From positions 1 through 60,553 of the IMG/VR virus record IMGVR_UViG_3300016667_000581: a stretch of 60,553 nt of DNA. One strand, 5' to 3'. The stretch's first letter is position 1, and each line of letters opens with the position of its first letter. Source of the DNA: a virus. Its lineage: Duplodnaviria; Caudoviricetes. The notes below the pieces were generated by a model. That model did no database searches and had not been told where the DNA came from. It saw nothing but the letters and a program-made list of their open reading frames with translations. Made by a program: the position numbers and the translations under genes. This document shows positions 58,559 through 60,553 of the stretch, one piece after another.

Positions 58559-60141
58559 TGCCGCCCGCCCTAACGAAACAGGAGATCCTAAAAGAAATAG
58601 TCAAGTCCGGTAAAGATGCTGTCTATTTCATCAACTCTTATTGTAAGATCTCCCACCCTCAACGCGGGCTTATTCCATTTGAACTTTATGACTTCCAGAA
58701 GGAAGCAATTCAAGACTTCAACGACTATCGTTTCAACGTCGTTCTCAAAGCCAGGCAATTAGGTTTCTCCACCGTAACGGCGGCCTACATTGCTTGGCTT
58801 TTGCTTTTTCATCGCGATAAGAACGTTCTTGTTGTCGCAACCAAATTTACCGTTGCTTCTAACTTGGTCAAGAAGGTCAAGAACATTGTTCAGAACCTTC
58901 CAGCGTGGCTAAAGATAGCAAACATAAAAGCAGATAATAGAAGCTCATTAGAACTCACAAATGGTTCCCAGGTAAAGGCTTCTTCTACCTCTGGTGATGC
59001 CGGTCGTTCAGAAGCACTCTCTTTGCTTGTAATAGACGAGGCTGCGTTCGTTGAAGGACTAGACGAACTATGGACCGGTCTTTATCCTACACTATCTACT
59101 GGTGGTCGCTGCATTGCTCTATCAAGTCCTAATGGTGTTGGTAACTGGTTCCACAAAACTTACTCTGATGCCGAAACAGGAAAGAACGACTTTCACCCTA
59201 TCAACTTACCTTGGACTGTCCATCCCGAAAGAGATCAAGCCTGGTTTGATAGAGAGACAAGAAATATGTCTCCTCGTCAGATCGCACAGGAATTAGAATG
59301 TTCATTCAACTCGTCAGGCGAAAATGTCATCAGTTCAGAGCATCTATCCAGAATTGATTCTGAAATAAGAGAACCATTGTTTAGAACTGGCTTTGATAGA
59401 AACCTCTGGCTATGGGAGCAATATGATACAAACAGCACTTATCTTCTGGTTGCTGATGTCGCAAGAGGCGACGGTGCTGATAATTCAGTTTTCCATCTTA
59501 CAAAGCTGGAAACAATGGAAGTTATTGGCGAATATCAAGGCAAGCCAACCCTTAGCGACTTTGCCTATCTATTGAATAACACAGGCAGAGAATTTGGTAA
59601 TTGCCTTTTGGTAGTAGAAAATAACTCTTTAGGCATTTCTGTACTTGAAAAGTTAAAAGAAATGAGTTATCCTAATCTTTACCATTCAACAAAAGGTTCA
59701 CACGAATTTGTAGAAGCTTCCGAATTTTATGACAGCGATAGAATTGTCCCTGGTTTTACAACCTCTTCAAAGACAAGGCCACTCGTTATCGCAAAGATGG
59801 AAGAGTTCATTAGAAATAGACATATCAAGTTTTATTCTTCAAGGCTCGCTGCCGAATTCAAAACATTTATTTGGGTTGATAACAGGGCACAAGCGATGCG
59901 TTCTTACCACGACGATCTAGTTATGTCATTAGCGATTAGCTGCTGGGTCAAAGACACGGCGCTTACCGTCAACGTAAGAGAAATAGAATACAAGAAAGCT
60001 ATGGTAAATTCTATGGTGTCTACAAATAGCGTTTTCGTTACATCGATCCCAGGCATGAAAGGCCACAATATAAAAGGCTTCAAACAAGAAACTTGGGATA
60101 GAGCTATGGAACAGAAACAATATAGTTGGATATTAGGCTAA
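58558..60141 (+). CDS. terL: Terminase large subunit (T4 gp17-like)
   Basis: LYDFQ, KARQLGFST (Walker A), LLVIDEAAF (Walker B), SSPNG, QELECSF, ADVARGDGAD and HDDLVM. Confidence 0.96.
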   Translation: MPPALTKQEILKEIVKSGKDAVYFINSYCKISHPQRGLIPFELYDFQKEAIQDFNDYRFNVVLKARQLGFSTVTAAYIAWLLLFHRDKNVLVVATKFTVASNLVKKVKNIVQNLPAWLKIANIKADNRSSLELTNGSQVKASSTSGDAGRSEALSLLVIDEAAFVEGLDELWTGLYPTLSTGGRCIALSSPNGVGNWFHKTYSDAETGKNDFHPINLPWTVHPERDQAWFDRETRNMSPRQIAQELECSFNSSGENVISSEHLSRIDSEIREPLFRTGFDRNLWLWEQYDTNSTYLLVADVARGDGADNSVFHLTKLETMEVIGEYQGKPTLSDFAYLLNNTGREFGNCLLVVENNSLGISVLEKLKEMSYPNLYHSTKGSHEFVEASEFYDSDRIVPGFTTSSKTRPLVIAKMEEFIRNRHIKFYSSRLAAEFKTFIWVDNRAQAMRSYHDDLVMSLAISCWVKDTALTVNVREIEYKKAMVNSMVSTNSVFVTSIPGMKGHNIKGFKQETWDRAMEQKQYSWILG

Positions 60142-60152
60142 AGGGCTAAAAA

Positions 60153-60553
60153 ATGGCAAAACAAGATAAGAATCCAAGAAACCCAGCAACTGACTTATTC
60201 CAGAGACTAACTAAAGTTTTCTCTGGTCCAATGGTCAACTACAGAACACAGTCCACCAGACGACTTCGCAGATCGTTAATGGACAAGTACTCTTCGCAGT
60301 TCCGTTCTGCTTCGGGTCAACAGTTCAAGCGTTCACAACTTTACGCATTCTCAAATATGCAGAATGCTATTATGATCAACCACAACCGCTCCGAGCGTTA
60401 TGTGGATTTTGATCAAATGGAATACACACCCGAAATTGCGTCTGCTCTAGACATCTACGCAGATGAAATGACCACCTACTCGGCCCTTCAGCCAATGTTG
60501 AATATCAAGTGCCGTAATGAAGAAATCAAAGGTGTCTTGCATTCCCTTTACCA
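60153..60553 (+). CDS. Portal protein (T4 gp20-like), 3'-truncated
   Basis: Missing from the ORF track. Manual translation MAKQDKNPRNP...RYVDFDQMEYTPEIASALDIYADEMT matches the gp20 N-terminal motif; follows terL. Confidence 0.88.
   Translation, partial: MAKQDKNPRNPATDLFQRLTKVFSGPMVNYRTQSTRRLRRSLMDKYSSQFRSASGQQFKRSQLYAFSNMQNAIMINHNRSERYVDFDQMEYTPEIASALDIYADEMTTYSALQPMLNIKCRNEEIKGVLHSLY

Noticed and set aside
92-60120. Many short minus-strand and nested ORFs in the ORF track
   Set aside because: They are antisense or out-of-frame shadows of well-supported + strand genes, with no recognisable motifs.
58558-60141. Intein or intron in terL or primase
   Set aside because: Lengths (527 and 308 aa) and motif spacing are normal, with no splicing motifs or frame breaks.

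Overview
A 60.5-kb segment of a large T4-like (myovirus-type) dsDNA bacteriophage. Essentially all real genes are on the + strand, tightly packed, many translationally coupled, and in the standard genetic code. Order: (1) 1-4.6 kb accessory genes (Fis-like HTH, Hsp20, HIGH nucleotidyltransferase, PIN-PhoH, Cas4-like nuclease) behind host sigma70-type promoters. (2) 4.6-14 kb glycosylation locus with two GT4s (one fused to a GT2), further GT2s, GT11 and GT10 fucosyltransferase-family enzymes, and Gmd + ColD-type dehydratase + Fcl/ColC reductase, an apparent GDP-L-colitose pathway. Most of it lies in a very AT-rich cassette whose left edge falls inside a gene. (3) FmdB-like Zn-ribbon, membrane protein and a gp55-like sigma factor. 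(4) 15.7-51.3 kb tail/baseplate module (M23 lysin, spike, gp25, gp6, DNRLRE-like, 2951-aa gp7/LamG, tail-collar-like paralogs, large orphans), repeatedly preceded by a CTATTTAY motif, the probable late promoter. (5) RuvC, primase, putative head-internal proteins, Mre11-Rad50 fusion, spanin-like pair, large terminase and the start of the portal gene. Best candidate for an undescribed system: phage-encoded synthesis of a colitose/fucose-decorated, Lewis-like glycan, possibly attached to virion proteins enriched in [S/T]GS motifs. No tRNA, rRNA, CRISPR array or mobile element was seen. All assignments come from motif recognition by eye and counts are manual.
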